Source of the DNA: Candidatus Latescibacterota bacterium
GTDB taxonomy: Bacteria; Latescibacterota; UBA2968; GCA-2709665
NCBI GenBank assembly: GCA_965219995.1
Contig: CBDCOX010000002.1
Coordinates: 2,080,001-2,144,000 of the forward strand
Length of the DNA: 64,000 nucleotides
Direction: 5' to 3'
The notes beneath the pieces are model-generated. The model saw only the letters and a program-made list of their open reading frames with translations, was not told the DNA's origin and ran no database searches. A program made the translations under genes and the position numbers. Shown here piece after piece: positions 39,393 through 49,135 of this stretch (positions within the stretch are counted from its first letter, which is position 1; every line of letters begins with the position of its first letter).

Positions 39393-41066
39393 CTACTCTT
39401 CGTCCACTTCCAGCGTATTCAGAATCGCATCGGCGTCTTCCTCGATTGGCTCGGCGCTGAGAATCCTCCATTTGTACTGGATGTCCCGCTTTCCCGCGCC
39501 AGCGGCGCGCAGCACCTCGTCTTCCGCCCAGCCCGGCCGCATCAGGTGCAGGCAGGGCGGCGCCAGCCTCCGGGAGCGGCGCTTCTCTGCGTACTCCACG
39601 TTGACCTCCGCGAGCGCGCGGTCCAGATGGGGAATCACCTCGTTTCTCAGCAGGTCCTGCGCGACCTCTCCCTTGAATTCCGCGTAGATCTCGTACCGGT
39701 GCGCCGCCACGTTGGCCACCACCCGGAACTGCTCGACGACCGATACGTCATACCGCCGGCGGACCTCCTGAAGCGCCAGCAGCAGATGGTTGATATGCAT
39801 CTTCTCGCCTGTGATGCTCGTCATGTCGCGGCCCTTGCGAATGAAGGCCAGCATCGGGGCGTTTCGGTAGAATCCGGTCACTTGTACGACGTCGTTGATG
39901 TCGTACCGGTAGAGCCCGCCCGGAGTCGTCAGCAGGACCGCATAGTTCATGCCGGTCTCCAGTTCGTGACTGGAGAATACCGGAGGGTCCGGATCATCCA
40001 TCGCTGCTTCGGGGATGAACTCATAATAGTTCCCGTTGAGCGAGAGAATGCCCGACGCCGTATTGTCCTGGTTCGGAAGGGTGAAGTGTCCTTCGCTGGC
40101 CAGGAAGCCCAGGTCGCGCATGGGTACGTCGCCGAAATATTCCGGAAGTCTTCGTGCCTGCACGCCAACGCTGCCGCCCAGCCAGCACCCGATGAGTTTC
40201 AGGTCCGGCCAGCAATCTCCCGGACGGAGAGCCCCGGCCCGCGCTACTACGTCCTCGAGGACCCGCGCGCGGTCCGGGTCCGGCTTCAATGCGGCGGCCA
40301 GTTGTCCGGCAAGCTCGGGCTGGTCCGGCAGATCGATGCCCGGTGTGCCGTCGCGGACCGCGCGGACGATGGCTTCCGTGTTTCGGAGTGCGGTTTCCCC
40401 CAGGCGGATGAGCGTACTGGGATTGGGCGTGCCGATGTAAGAAACCCGCCTGGCCAGCGCGAGCCGCGCGGCCACGAAGTACCGGCGGTCGTAGTCCTCG
40501 ATCTCGGATACCGCGTAGGGGATCGCGTAGGTGCTTCGGATCGGCCCGGGAATGCGCTGGTAGAGCATCCCGGACGCACTGCCGTATGGAAGACCCGCGG
40601 GCGTGTGTCCCTCGATTGCCCGGCTGACAATGCCGACGAACGCGCCATTCAGGAAGTCCGGATGGTCCTGAAGCGCGCGATAGATCCACTCCAGCGAAAA
40701 GCCGGACGCACGGCGCATGGACTCGGGCGTTACGGGGATGTACTTCGGTTCTCCCGTGGTCCCGCTCGTCATGTTCAACATCCGCGTGGGGGCCGACGTC
40801 AGCACCGCCCGCTCTCCCGCGATAATCCGGTTGACGTAGGGACGCAGCCCTTCGTAGTCGCGGATCGGGACCTGGCGACGGTAGTCGGCTTCGTTGCGGA
40901 TCGCGGCGAAGCCATGGTCCCTTCCGAATGCCGTGCGAGCATTTCGCTTCATCATGCGGCGAAGGAGGTTTTTCTGCGTTGCGTGAGGGCGTTCCGCCGC
41001 ACCATCGAGTTCCTTGGCCAGGCCGTACCCCTTCAGCCGGATGAGTGTCTTGACCAGCCTTCCCAT
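39393..41066 (-). CDS. GH3 family acyl-acid amido synthetase
   Basis: TSGTTGEPKYIP, FLASEG, YYEFIP, GGLYRYDINDVV, SITGEK. Confidence 0.9.
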   Translation of the reverse strand: MGRLVKTLIRLKGYGLAKELDGAAERPHATQKNLLRRMMKRNARTAFGRDHGFAAIRNEADYRRQVPIRDYEGLRPYVNRIIAGERAVLTSAPTRMLNMTSGTTGEPKYIPVTPESMRRASGFSLEWIYRALQDHPDFLNGAFVGIVSRAIEGHTPAGLPYGSASGMLYQRIPGPIRSTYAIPYAVSEIEDYDRRYFVAARLALARRVSYIGTPNPSTLIRLGETALRNTEAIVRAVRDGTPGIDLPDQPELAGQLAAALKPDPDRARVLEDVVARAGALRPGDCWPDLKLIGCWLGGSVGVQARRLPEYFGDVPMRDLGFLASEGHFTLPNQDNTASGILSLNGNYYEFIPEAAMDDPDPPVFSSHELETGMNYAVLLTTPGGLYRYDINDVVQVTGFYRNAPMLAFIRKGRDMTSITGEKMHINHLLLALQEVRRRYDVSVVEQFRVVANVAAHRYEIYAEFKGEVAQDLLRNEVIPHLDRALAEVNVEYAEKRRSRRLAPPCLHLMRPGWAEDEVLRAAGAGKRDIQYKWRILSAEPIEEDADAILNTLEVDEE

Positions 41067-41069
41067 TGA

Positions 41070-42230
41070 CTATCCCTTACCGAGAATCGTCACGGTCTCC
41101 GCGTGGGCGCGCAGGATGTCATCGCGTACGTCCACGCCGAGACCCGGACCGCGCATTAGCGGCGCCAAACCGCCGCGGCCGAATGCAACGGGTTCGCGGG
41201 ACACGTCTTCAACCAGCAGCATGTTTCCGTAGGACCCCTCCACATACGAAACCCCGTCGAGATGGGCGGCTACGTGCCGGCCCGCGGCCGAGAGGATCGC
41301 GGATTCCCCCACCTGGCATCCCAACTGCAGACCCACGCCTGCGCGGACGGCCAGTTCGGCGATCTCCAGCGTGCGCGCAACGCCGCCGCACTTCGAGAGA
41401 CGCAGATTGAAGAAATCGCAGGCTTTCGCCGCGATCAGCGCCTCCGCGTCGGCCACGGTGACGAGCGACTCGTCCGCCATGATCGGAACGGGCGACCGCG
41501 ACCTGACCCGCGCGAGGACCGCCGGATCGCCGCGGGGGATGGGCTGCTCGGCGCACGCGACGTCAAACGGCGCCAGGGCCGCGAGCGTCGCGACGGCTTC
41601 ATCAGGCGTGTAGGCGCAGTTCGCGTCGACTCGCAGGGAGACGGAGGGTCCCAACACCTCTCGGACGGCAGCAACGCGATCCCGCGCGTGTTCTCCGCCG
41701 ATCTTGATCTTGACGGCCTCCAGGCCATATTCCGTGCAGACGCATGCGAGCCGGATCGCGTTGTCGATCGACCCGCCGGTGATGACGCCGCTGTAAGTGA
41801 CGACGTCCCGCTCCGGAGGCAGAATCGCACCCAGAGACAGGTTCCCGCGCCGGAGCAGCAGGTCGAGCAGGGCCAGTTCGCAGGCCGCCCTCGCGGCGTG
41901 CCAGGCGATAGCGCCCCCGGCGTCTCCATCGGGCAGCGCGCCGGCCACCCCGGCAAGCGATCCGACGGGATCCCCGCCCGGTTCGGGCGCGCTGAAGCGA
42001 GAATCCGCGATGGCCGGCCAGAGACAATGCGCAATGTGTTCGATGCATGTCTCCACGGTCTCGCCCGTCACGTACGGGCGCGGCAGGCCTTCGCCATAGC
42101 CCATGGTGCCGTCGTCGGCCGTGAGGCGCACGACCACCGAGTCCGTCCGGGACCGGACCGAGGCGCTGTGACCGAAGGCCTCGACAAAGGGAATACGCAG
42201 GGCGAAACAGGTCCCGCCAATGATCTTCAT
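41070..42230 (-). CDS. Enolase-superfamily enzyme (muconate cycloisomerase subgroup), substrate unknown
   Basis: GYGEGLPRPYVTGE, KIK, RVDAN, EQP, ADES, NLRLSKCGG. Confidence 0.85.
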   Translation of the reverse strand: MKIIGGTCFALRIPFVEAFGHSASVRSRTDSVVVRLTADDGTMGYGEGLPRPYVTGETVETCIEHIAHCLWPAIADSRFSAPEPGGDPVGSLAGVAGALPDGDAGGAIAWHAARAACELALLDLLLRRGNLSLGAILPPERDVVTYSGVITGGSIDNAIRLACVCTEYGLEAVKIKIGGEHARDRVAAVREVLGPSVSLRVDANCAYTPDEAVATLAALAPFDVACAEQPIPRGDPAVLARVRSRSPVPIMADESLVTVADAEALIAAKACDFFNLRLSKCGGVARTLEIAELAVRAGVGLQLGCQVGESAILSAAGRHVAAHLDGVSYVEGSYGNMLLVEDVSREPVAFGRGGLAPLMRGPGLGVDVRDDILRAHAETVTILGKG

Positions 42231-42294
42231 CGCGATTCTCAAAGCGGTGCAGGGCCGCAACGTCCCGGCCCCATTTGCTCAACTTACGAGACGT

Positions 42295-42491
42295 ACATGG
42301 ATGGACAGGATGAACAGGATAAAATCTCACAAAACTACGAAAACAGCGATAGCCACAAAAAGCACAAGAGACACAAAAGGGCGAAAACAAGAACCGCTAA
42401 CCCCGATAATTCACAAAACAAAACTCACATGGATAGACAGGATGAACAGGATAAAGACCAAAAGCACGAAAAAAGCACGAGAGAATGAGAA
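42295..42491 (+). repeat. 29-bp direct repeat pair built from nonamers plus CACAAAA/CACGAAA-type arrays
   Basis: ACATGGAT(G/A)GACAGGATGAACAGGATAAA at 42295-42323 and 42427-42455. Confidence 0.8.
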
Positions 42492-42507
42492 ACGGCAGTG
42501 AATCGAT

Positions 42508-43173
42508 TCACCGTAGTTCGATGGACTGGAGTTCCCGGATCGACGAAATTGTGAAATCGGGGATCTCCGCTGCCCGCCGGGGGGTCTGAAACCGCGAAAA
42601 CCCTTGTAAGACACGCATTGTCATGCATCCCTGGGATTTGGCGGGTCCGATATCGTTATCCAGCCGGTCTCCTACCATCACTACGCCTTCAGGGGCACAT
42701 CCCGCGCGGGAAATGGCGGCGGCAAAAATCCTCGGATCGGGCTTGGAAAGGCCGAGTTCCGCGGATGCGAAAACGAGAGTAAAATGGTCCCGGATGCCCC
42801 AATCCGATAGCCGGTCCTCCGTACCTTCGGACTGGTTTGCGATGACGCCGAGTCTGAATTTCCGCGAAAGCGTCTCGAGAATCTCAGGGACACCGGGATA
42901 CAATACTTCCCGTTCTTTCTCGTATCGCAGGGAGCTCGCAACGACTCGACGCTGTTCCTCCGTCAGATCGAGCCTCGCCAGCATGGCGCGAAACGGGCTT
43001 GGCGCGAAGTCCGTCGCCGCATGTTCGCACATCTGCATGAGTTCATCGACCCGATATCGCACGCCGAACTCACCGACATGCTCGCACACACTGTTTAGAC
43101 GCGCCCGGTGCGCCCGGGTTTCGTCCACCAACGTCCAGCCCAGGTCCAGGAATATCCACTCGATGTTGGTCAT
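42508..43173 (-). CDS. HAD superfamily hydrolase
   Basis: FLDLGWTLVD, VIANQ, KPDPRIF, MVGDRLDNDI. Confidence 0.9.
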   Translation of the reverse strand: MTNIEWIFLDLGWTLVDETRAHRARLNSVCEHVGEFGVRYRVDELMQMCEHAATDFAPSPFRAMLARLDLTEEQRRVVASSLRYEKEREVLYPGVPEILETLSRKFRLGVIANQSEGTEDRLSDWGIRDHFTLVFASAELGLSKPDPRIFAAAISRAGCAPEGVVMVGDRLDNDIGPAKSQGCMTMRVLQGFSRFQTPRRAAEIPDFTISSIRELQSIELR

Positions 43174-43374
43174 GTATGGGGGATACTACTTGGGGATGGA
43201 TTTCCACGCGTGATGTGAACGTTTTGAATAGATACACTTCTGGTAGACGGTTCCCAGTTCGCTTGAGTTCTGCGCGAAGCGGCCGTCCAGAGTTCCGCCC
43301 TGAGGTTGACAGCCGGATACGATTGCAATATACTGTTGCGATTGCGTTTCTCAAGCCATTTCCCGGAGCGCGTT

Positions 43375-43773
43375 ATGGTATTGATGCTTGTTTTTCTGGC
43401 CCTGATATCGACAGCCGAAGGCAACCCGTCGATGTCCGCCAGGCACGTGGCGACGGTGGTTCACGTGTACGACGGCGACACAATTACGATCGACGTGGTC
43501 CTCTGGCCGGGCCTGACCTGGCGTGGAAAGGTGCGCGTGCGCGGCGTGGACACACCGGAGATTCAGACGAAGAGCAAGGCGGAGAAGAAACGCGCGCTGC
43601 TGGCGAGGGATTTCGTTCGGGAACGGATAGGCAAGGTCATTTATCTGGAGAATGTCAAACTGGGGAACTTCGCGGGGCGGGTCGTGGCGACCGTCCGGCT
43701 TCAGGACGGGTCAGACCTCGCGAAGGTATTGATCAGGGCGGGGCACGGAAAGGCGTACAAGCGGAGACGATGA
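43375..43773 (+). CDS. Thermonuclease (SNase) family protein with N-terminal signal/anchor
   Basis: VYDGDTI, VRVRGVDTPE, FAGRVVA, LIRAGHG; start codon estimated. Confidence 0.85.
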   Translation: MVLMLVFLALISTAEGNPSMSARHVATVVHVYDGDTITIDVVLWPGLTWRGKVRVRGVDTPEIQTKSKAEKKRALLARDFVRERIGKVIYLENVKLGNFAGRVVATVRLQDGSDLAKVLIRAGHGKAYKRRR

Positions 43774-43852
43774 GCGAGAAGGAAAAAGGAGGAAGGAAGA
43801 ACGAAGACGTCGCGGTAACTCTTCCGTTTTCAACGAGCCCGGCGCGTGGTTT

Positions 43853-44596
43853 TTACTTGAGAGCGATGATGTCGCGCTGGGACGGGGTGAGTCGATCGGC
43901 GAAGCCGGCGCTGAATCGCAGGTGTTGCCCGCCCCAATCGGGCATATAGCCGATGCTGTAACAATAGTAGAGCGAGCGGCGTGGACGGCCGGACACGTTC
44001 ACGGTGGACCCGTGGGTGAGGGCTTCCGTAAACAGGATGGCATCGCCGGCGCGCGCGGGAACCGGCCGCAGGGGAGGATTATCGTCCGGGTGGCCGCCCC
44101 AGGGCCTCGCGAAATTGCTCTTGTGTGCGCCGGGGATCACCGCGAAGCAGCCGTCATCGGGCCCGCAATCGATCATTGGGAAAACCGCCTTGGTCAATGT
44201 CGAGACCATCTGTCCGTTGCGGCAGTGGTACTGGCATTTCGGAAGGATCGGCGTGCCGTGCATATGCATCCCGGTATACCCGCCGCCCCAGCGATAGATC
44301 GTGTAGGTGTGGTTGAGCCGATAGGGTCCGCCGGTGACGCATTCGACGGCGTCCAGCAATTCGGGAAATTCCATCAGCGGCAGAAACGCGTCGTCGCCCT
44401 CCATGATGTTCGAAACATAGAGGTTCTCCGGGCTGCGTTCCTGACCCAGGACCAGCGGCGGGGGGTAATCCGCAGGCTCCATCGTTTCGAAACGGTCCAG
44501 CGCGGCATTGCAGGCCGCCACCATGTCCGGCGGCACGATCTGCTCCAGAACGATATAACCCTGCAGGTCGAATAAGTATTTCTGCTCCTGAGTCAT
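43853..44596 (-). CDS. PhyH family Fe(II)/2OG oxygenase, non-canonical iron motif
   Basis: QKYLFDLQGYIVL, GCFAVIPGAHK, AGDAILFTEALTHGS, RRSLYY. Confidence 0.85.
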   Translation of the reverse strand: MTQEQKYLFDLQGYIVLEQIVPPDMVAACNAALDRFETMEPADYPPPLVLGQERSPENLYVSNIMEGDDAFLPLMEFPELLDAVECVTGGPYRLNHTYTIYRWGGGYTGMHMHGTPILPKCQYHCRNGQMVSTLTKAVFPMIDCGPDDGCFAVIPGAHKSNFARPWGGHPDDNPPLRPVPARAGDAILFTEALTHGSTVNVSGRPRRSLYYCYSIGYMPDWGGQHLRFSAGFADRLTPSQRDIIALK

Positions 44597-44644
44597 TTCG
44601 CCTCCATGTTCGCTGGCTCAATTCACGTAAGAATGAGGTATCCG

Positions 44645-45823
44645 ATGTCCAATCCGAACGTTTCGCCGCTCGCACAGGATTTCGTCATCGCCGCGCAGGT
44701 GCCGGATCCAGTGCGGTATTTCTTCCACGACCCCGACCTCGCCCGGCTGGACGACGGCACGCTGCTGCTGGCCGCGCCGCAGTGGCACCGCCCGGGCTGG
44801 GAATATTCCCGGCGCCTGCGGCTCCTCCGCAGCGAAGACGGGGGCGCCACATGGGAAGAACTGTCCGGACTGCCCTATGAAGAGGCCACCCCCTTCGTAC
44901 TGGACGGGCGACTCCTCATGTTCGTCCAGGAAAAGTGCCACAAGGACTTCCTTGTTGTAACGAGCGACGATAAGGGCGAAAGCTGGACCGACCCCGTGAC
45001 CGTGATCAAAGGTCCCATATGGAATATCTCCACGTCCCGTGTTCTGCGCCCCGAGGCGCTCTACTGGGCAATGGACTTCGACCTGCCCAACCAGGGGCAT
45101 GGCGGAAAGACGATGCTCCGGGTAGACCGGAGCATGTCACCCCTCGACCCGGGAGCATGGACGCTTTCCAATATCGTGCGGCAGCCGGAGATCCCGGCCG
45201 CGATGACCCGCGATCTCTTTCCGGACGGCAACCGCCCCCAGCTATCCGGCGGCTGGAGAGATCCACTCGTCTGGCTGGAACCGAACACCGTCGAAGTCAG
45301 GGGCCGTATCCGCGCCTTCTGCCGGTGCGTTTTCGACGAATACGCGGCCGCCCACGTCGCTGCGGTTTTCGACTATGATCCCGGGACGCATCAGCTGAGT
45401 TTCACGCAGTTCGCGGCCTGGCCGGGCGCGCAGTGCAAGTTCTACGTCATCCACGATCACTCGGCTTCCATGTACTGGATGCTGAGCAACCTCATCACCA
45501 ACTCCCAGGACCTTCTGGGATGGGGCGAACGCATGCGCGAATCGGGATATCACGGAGGACCGGGCAACGAACGTCGATGGCTCTACCTTCACTACAGTAT
45601 CGACTGCCTGAACTGGTTCCCCGCGGGCTGCGTGGCGCGGTGGCCGGACAACGTCTACCGCAGCTTCATGTATCCGAGCGCGGTCGTGGACGGAGACGAC
45701 TTCGTGGTGCTCTCGCGTACCAGCAGGGATTCGGGCGACCAGCACGACGCCGATCTGTGTACCATCCACCGGATCCGAAACTACCGCAGCCTGGCCATGG
45801 ACCTCCACGCGGGCGGTCTTTAA
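44645..45823 (+). CDS. BNR/Asp-box beta-propeller (sialidase-like) protein
   Basis: Asp boxes SEDGGATW, SDDKGESW, SIDCLNW; YPS motif. Confidence 0.7.
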   Translation: MSNPNVSPLAQDFVIAAQVPDPVRYFFHDPDLARLDDGTLLLAAPQWHRPGWEYSRRLRLLRSEDGGATWEELSGLPYEEATPFVLDGRLLMFVQEKCHKDFLVVTSDDKGESWTDPVTVIKGPIWNISTSRVLRPEALYWAMDFDLPNQGHGGKTMLRVDRSMSPLDPGAWTLSNIVRQPEIPAAMTRDLFPDGNRPQLSGGWRDPLVWLEPNTVEVRGRIRAFCRCVFDEYAAAHVAAVFDYDPGTHQLSFTQFAAWPGAQCKFYVIHDHSASMYWMLSNLITNSQDLLGWGERMRESGYHGGPGNERRWLYLHYSIDCLNWFPAGCVARWPDNVYRSFMYPSAVVDGDDFVVLSRTSRDSGDQHDADLCTIHRIRNYRSLAMDLHAGGL

Positions 45824-45833
45824 CTGAACGGGT

Positions 45834-46565
45834 TCAGGTGTTCGCGAGGATCTCCAAATACGCCTTCACCGTGTTCGCCAGCCCCATCTCCAACGCCTCG
45901 CCGATCAGCGCGTGGCCGATGGAGACTTCCAGCACACCCGGGATTGAACAGAACCTGCCCAGGTTCTCCAGGTTCAGATCGTGTCCGGCGTTGACGCCAA
46001 GCCCCGCCTCCTGGGCGGTCGCCGCTGCTTTCGCGTACCCCTCGAAGCATTCCTCCAGGTCATCATTCTCACGAAATGCCGTCGCATAGGGTTCCGTGTA
46101 CAGCTCGATCCGGTCGGCGCCCACGATCGCGGCCCCTGGGATCTCGTCCGAGTCGTAGTCCATAAACAGGCTCACGCGGCTGCCCAGCGCCCTCAACTCC
46201 TGAATGACGGGCTTCAGGCGGTCGCCCTCCTTCGACAGATTCCACCCGTGGTCCGACGTGAACGCGTCCGGCGAATCCGGCACCAGCGTGCACTGCGCGG
46301 GGCGGACGGCCCGCACGATGTCGAGATATCCCGCTTCGAAGGGATTCCCCTCGATATTGAACTCCACGTCCGTAACGAGCGCGTTCAATTCATACACGTC
46401 CGAGGGCCGGATGTGCCGCTCATCGGGCCGGGGATGGACCGTGATCCCGTACGCCCCGGCATCGATGCAGATCCGTGCGGCCCGGGTCACGCTGGGGATA
46501 CCGATGGTCCGCGTGTTCCGGAGCAGGGCCACCTTGTTCACGTTCACGCTGAGTCGGGTCATCAC
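45834..46565 (-). CDS. pdxJ: Pyridoxine 5'-phosphate synthase
   Basis: LSVNVNKVALLRN, ITVHPRPDERHI, NIEGNP, NAGHDL, EVSIGHALI. Confidence 0.95.
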   Translation of the reverse strand: MMTRLSVNVNKVALLRNTRTIGIPSVTRAARICIDAGAYGITVHPRPDERHIRPSDVYELNALVTDVEFNIEGNPFEAGYLDIVRAVRPAQCTLVPDSPDAFTSDHGWNLSKEGDRLKPVIQELRALGSRVSLFMDYDSDEIPGAAIVGADRIELYTEPYATAFRENDDLEECFEGYAKAAATAQEAGLGVNAGHDLNLENLGRFCSIPGVLEVSIGHALIGEALEMGLANTVKAYLEILANT

Positions 46566-46850
46566 GATCGCCTTTCATTGATGCCGGTGAGCCGTCAGGT
46601 CCCGCAGACAACACAAGTGCTTCCTCACCTGGAAATATAGCGCCGATGTGGTCCGTTTTCAAGGATCAATCATCCACTCTGAATTGGTGACAGCCTCGAA
46701 TAACGCCATTATGATCGCCTCACACTGCGAGGTTCTCCAGTGGGCAATTCCCTTGCGGTATACAAATCCGCCGCGTTATATTTGGACTGAAGTTCCAGGT
46801 ATGGCAAATCAAAGGCAGCACATCCCTTTTGAATAACCCTGTCCACGGCT

Positions 46851-47429
46851 ATGTCGAGTCCGTAGCTTGTCGTTATCGGAGGACCCAATGGCGCCGGCAA
46901 AAGCACGGCCGCGCCGCAGCTATTGCGAGATACACTGGATGTTGCAGAATTCGTTAACGCCGACGCTATTGCGTCAGGACTTTCGGAGTTTCACCCGGAG
47001 TCAACGGCTCTTCAAGCAGGTCGGGTAATGTTGCAGCGGGTTCGCCAATTGGCGTCGGACCGATCTGACTTCGCGTTTGAGTCGACACTCGCGAGCCGCA
47101 GTTTCGCCCCATGGATCCGTCACCTCAGACAAAACGGATATGTGTTCCGACTGGCATTCTTGTGGCTGTCCAGTCCGGAAGTCGCAGCTGCACGAGTGGC
47201 GGCGCGCGTCCGCGCGGGAGGTCACGACATTCCTGACGAGACCATTCGACGACGGTATTACTCCGGACTTGGCAACTTTTTCAGACTGTATCGTCCGATC
47301 GCGGATGATTGGCGTTTTTATGATAATACCGAAGCCTCGGGGCCGCGCTTGATTTCACTGGGAGAAAGCACTGTTGACATTGAAGTACGTGACGTCAATC
47401 TATGGATGCTGATTAAGGAAGGTGTATAG
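46851..47429 (+). pseudogene. Zeta-toxin-like/AAA_33 P-loop ATPase with in-frame TAG at codon 5
   Basis: ATG TCG AGT CCG TAG CTT...: MSSP*LVVIGGPNGAGKST, in frame with FVNADAIA, FAFESTLA, RVAARVRAGGH. Confidence 0.75.
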
Positions 47430-47433
47430 GGCA

Positions 47434-47643
47434 GTGAGAAGGTCATCCAGAAAAGACATCGATAAAATCTTCAAGGAAGGTACATTGATCGACAAAGCCT
47501 TGAGGGATGCCGTTCGAGAAGCACTCTTGTATCATAAACGCAACGGAAATCCAATCGCTGATTGGCGAGACGGAAAGGTGGTGTGGATTCCGGCGGATCA
47601 GATCGAAGTGGACCAGGATGCCGACGAGGAATCCGAGAGATGA
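47434..47643 (+). CDS. Small protein paired with the zeta-like ATPase (putative antitoxin/partner)
   Basis: IDKALRDAVREALLYHKRNGNPIADWRDGKVVWIP; directly follows the ATPase; start estimated. Confidence 0.65.
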   Translation: MRRSSRKDIDKIFKEGTLIDKALRDAVREALLYHKRNGNPIADWRDGKVVWIPADQIEVDQDADEESER

Positions 47644-49082
47644 ATCCCGCCAACCTGCTCTTCATTCTCTCCGACCAGCACACGCGGGACATCACGGGCT
47701 GCTACGGCCACCCGGAGGTGCGGACGCCGAACATCGACAGCCTCGCCCAACGCGGGACGCGCTTCACCAGCGCCTACACCAACTGTCCCATCTGCGTGCC
47801 GGCCCGCGCCTCACTGGCAACCGGACGATACGTCCATCAGACCGGAAACTGGGACAACGCCTTCGCGTATGACGGCAGTGTGCCGAGTTGGGGGCACCGC
47901 CTCAGGGAGCAGGGATTCCAGGTCGACTCGATCGGGAAACTGCACTTTCGCGCGCAGGATGACGACAACGGATTTTCAGAAGAAATCGATCCGCTGCACG
48001 TGGTGGACGGCGTGGGCGACATTCTGAGCTGCATTCGGGAACAACCGCCTTTGCGCAACAAGCGCGGCGCCATCCTCAACGCCGGCCCGGGAGACTCGAC
48101 CTACCTGAAATACGATATCTCGAACGCCGACCGGGCGTGCGCCTGGCTTGCGGAACATCGTAACGACGACCGGCCATGGGTCCTGTTTCTCTCGTTCGTC
48201 TGTCCTCACCCGCCCTACGTCGCACCGCCGGATCTCTTCGAGTCCTATTCGACCGATCGGCTTCCCTTGCCCCCCCAATGGCATCCCAATGACTGGCCCG
48301 CCCACCCGGCCATCCGGCGCTTCCGCCGGTTCTTCCATTACGACCGGCCTTTTTCCGAATCCGAATTGCGCAATCTCACCGCTGCCTACTACGGCGCATG
48401 TACTCACCTGGACCGTCAGATCGGCCGCGTATTGCAGGCACTAGACGAACAGGACCTTGCCGACACCACGCGTGTCCTCTACACATCGGACCACGGGGAA
48501 TCCCTGGGCGCCCGGGGCCTTTTCGGCAAATTCACCATGTATGAGGAGGCCGCTGGGGTGCCGCTTGTCGTCGCCGGCCCCGGCGTGCCGCAAGGACACG
48601 TTTCGCGCACGCCTGTGTCCCTGGTGGACTGCTTCCCCACCGTACTGGAATGCGCCGGCGCGACACCCGAAGGCGAACGCCTCCCCGGCCGCTCCCTCTG
48701 GCAGGTCGCGCGGAACGCCAACGAGAATCGCACGGTCTTCAGCGAATACCACGCGGTTGGCTCCCGCGATGCCGCCTACATGCTCCGCGATCGGACCTGG
48801 AAGTACATACACTACGTGGAAGAGCCGCCGCAGCTCTTCAACCTCGAAGACGACCCGCGAGAAACGAACGATCTCGCGGCGTCTCCAGGCCACCGGACCG
48901 TGTTGAATTCGTTCGAGCGCCGGCTGCGCGAACTTCTGGATCCCGATGCCACGGATGCGCGCGCCAAGGCGGACCAGCTGGCGAAAATCGCGTCTTTCGG
49001 CGGCGCAGAAGCCGTTCGCAGCCGGGGCGCATTCGACAACTCGCCGGTGCCCGGCGAAGCGCCGGCCTTCCGGGTCCACTGA
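47640..49082 (+). CDS. Sulfatase (choline sulfatase-like, Cys-type)
   Basis: SDQH, CVPAR (CxPxR), GKLH, PHPP, TSDHG; ATGA overlap with the upstream gene. Confidence 0.92.
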   Translation: MNPANLLFILSDQHTRDITGCYGHPEVRTPNIDSLAQRGTRFTSAYTNCPICVPARASLATGRYVHQTGNWDNAFAYDGSVPSWGHRLREQGFQVDSIGKLHFRAQDDDNGFSEEIDPLHVVDGVGDILSCIREQPPLRNKRGAILNAGPGDSTYLKYDISNADRACAWLAEHRNDDRPWVLFLSFVCPHPPYVAPPDLFESYSTDRLPLPPQWHPNDWPAHPAIRRFRRFFHYDRPFSESELRNLTAAYYGACTHLDRQIGRVLQALDEQDLADTTRVLYTSDHGESLGARGLFGKFTMYEEAAGVPLVVAGPGVPQGHVSRTPVSLVDCFPTVLECAGATPEGERLPGRSLWQVARNANENRTVFSEYHAVGSRDAAYMLRDRTWKYIHYVEEPPQLFNLEDDPRETNDLAASPGHRTVLNSFERRLRELLDPDATDARAKADQLAKIASFGGAEAVRSRGAFDNSPVPGEAPAFRVH

Positions 49083-49135
49083 ACGGCGGGCATTGTACAG
49101 TCGGCAACCGATCTCTTCAACTCTGAATCTTTCCG

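Noticed and set aside
41070-42230. Calling this enzyme MenC or L-Ala-D/L-Glu epimerase
   Set aside because: Futalosine-pathway genes are present, no men genes are nearby, and the second Lys and DxD motif are missing
42295-42455. 29-bp direct repeats as a mini CRISPR array
   Set aside because: Only two copies with a 103-bp gap, internal 9-nt periodicity, no palindrome and no cas genes
46863-46865. Pyrrolysine decoding of the TAG
   Set aside because: Non-catalytic position, no pyl genes in the window, and TAG is used as a normal stop by many genes here
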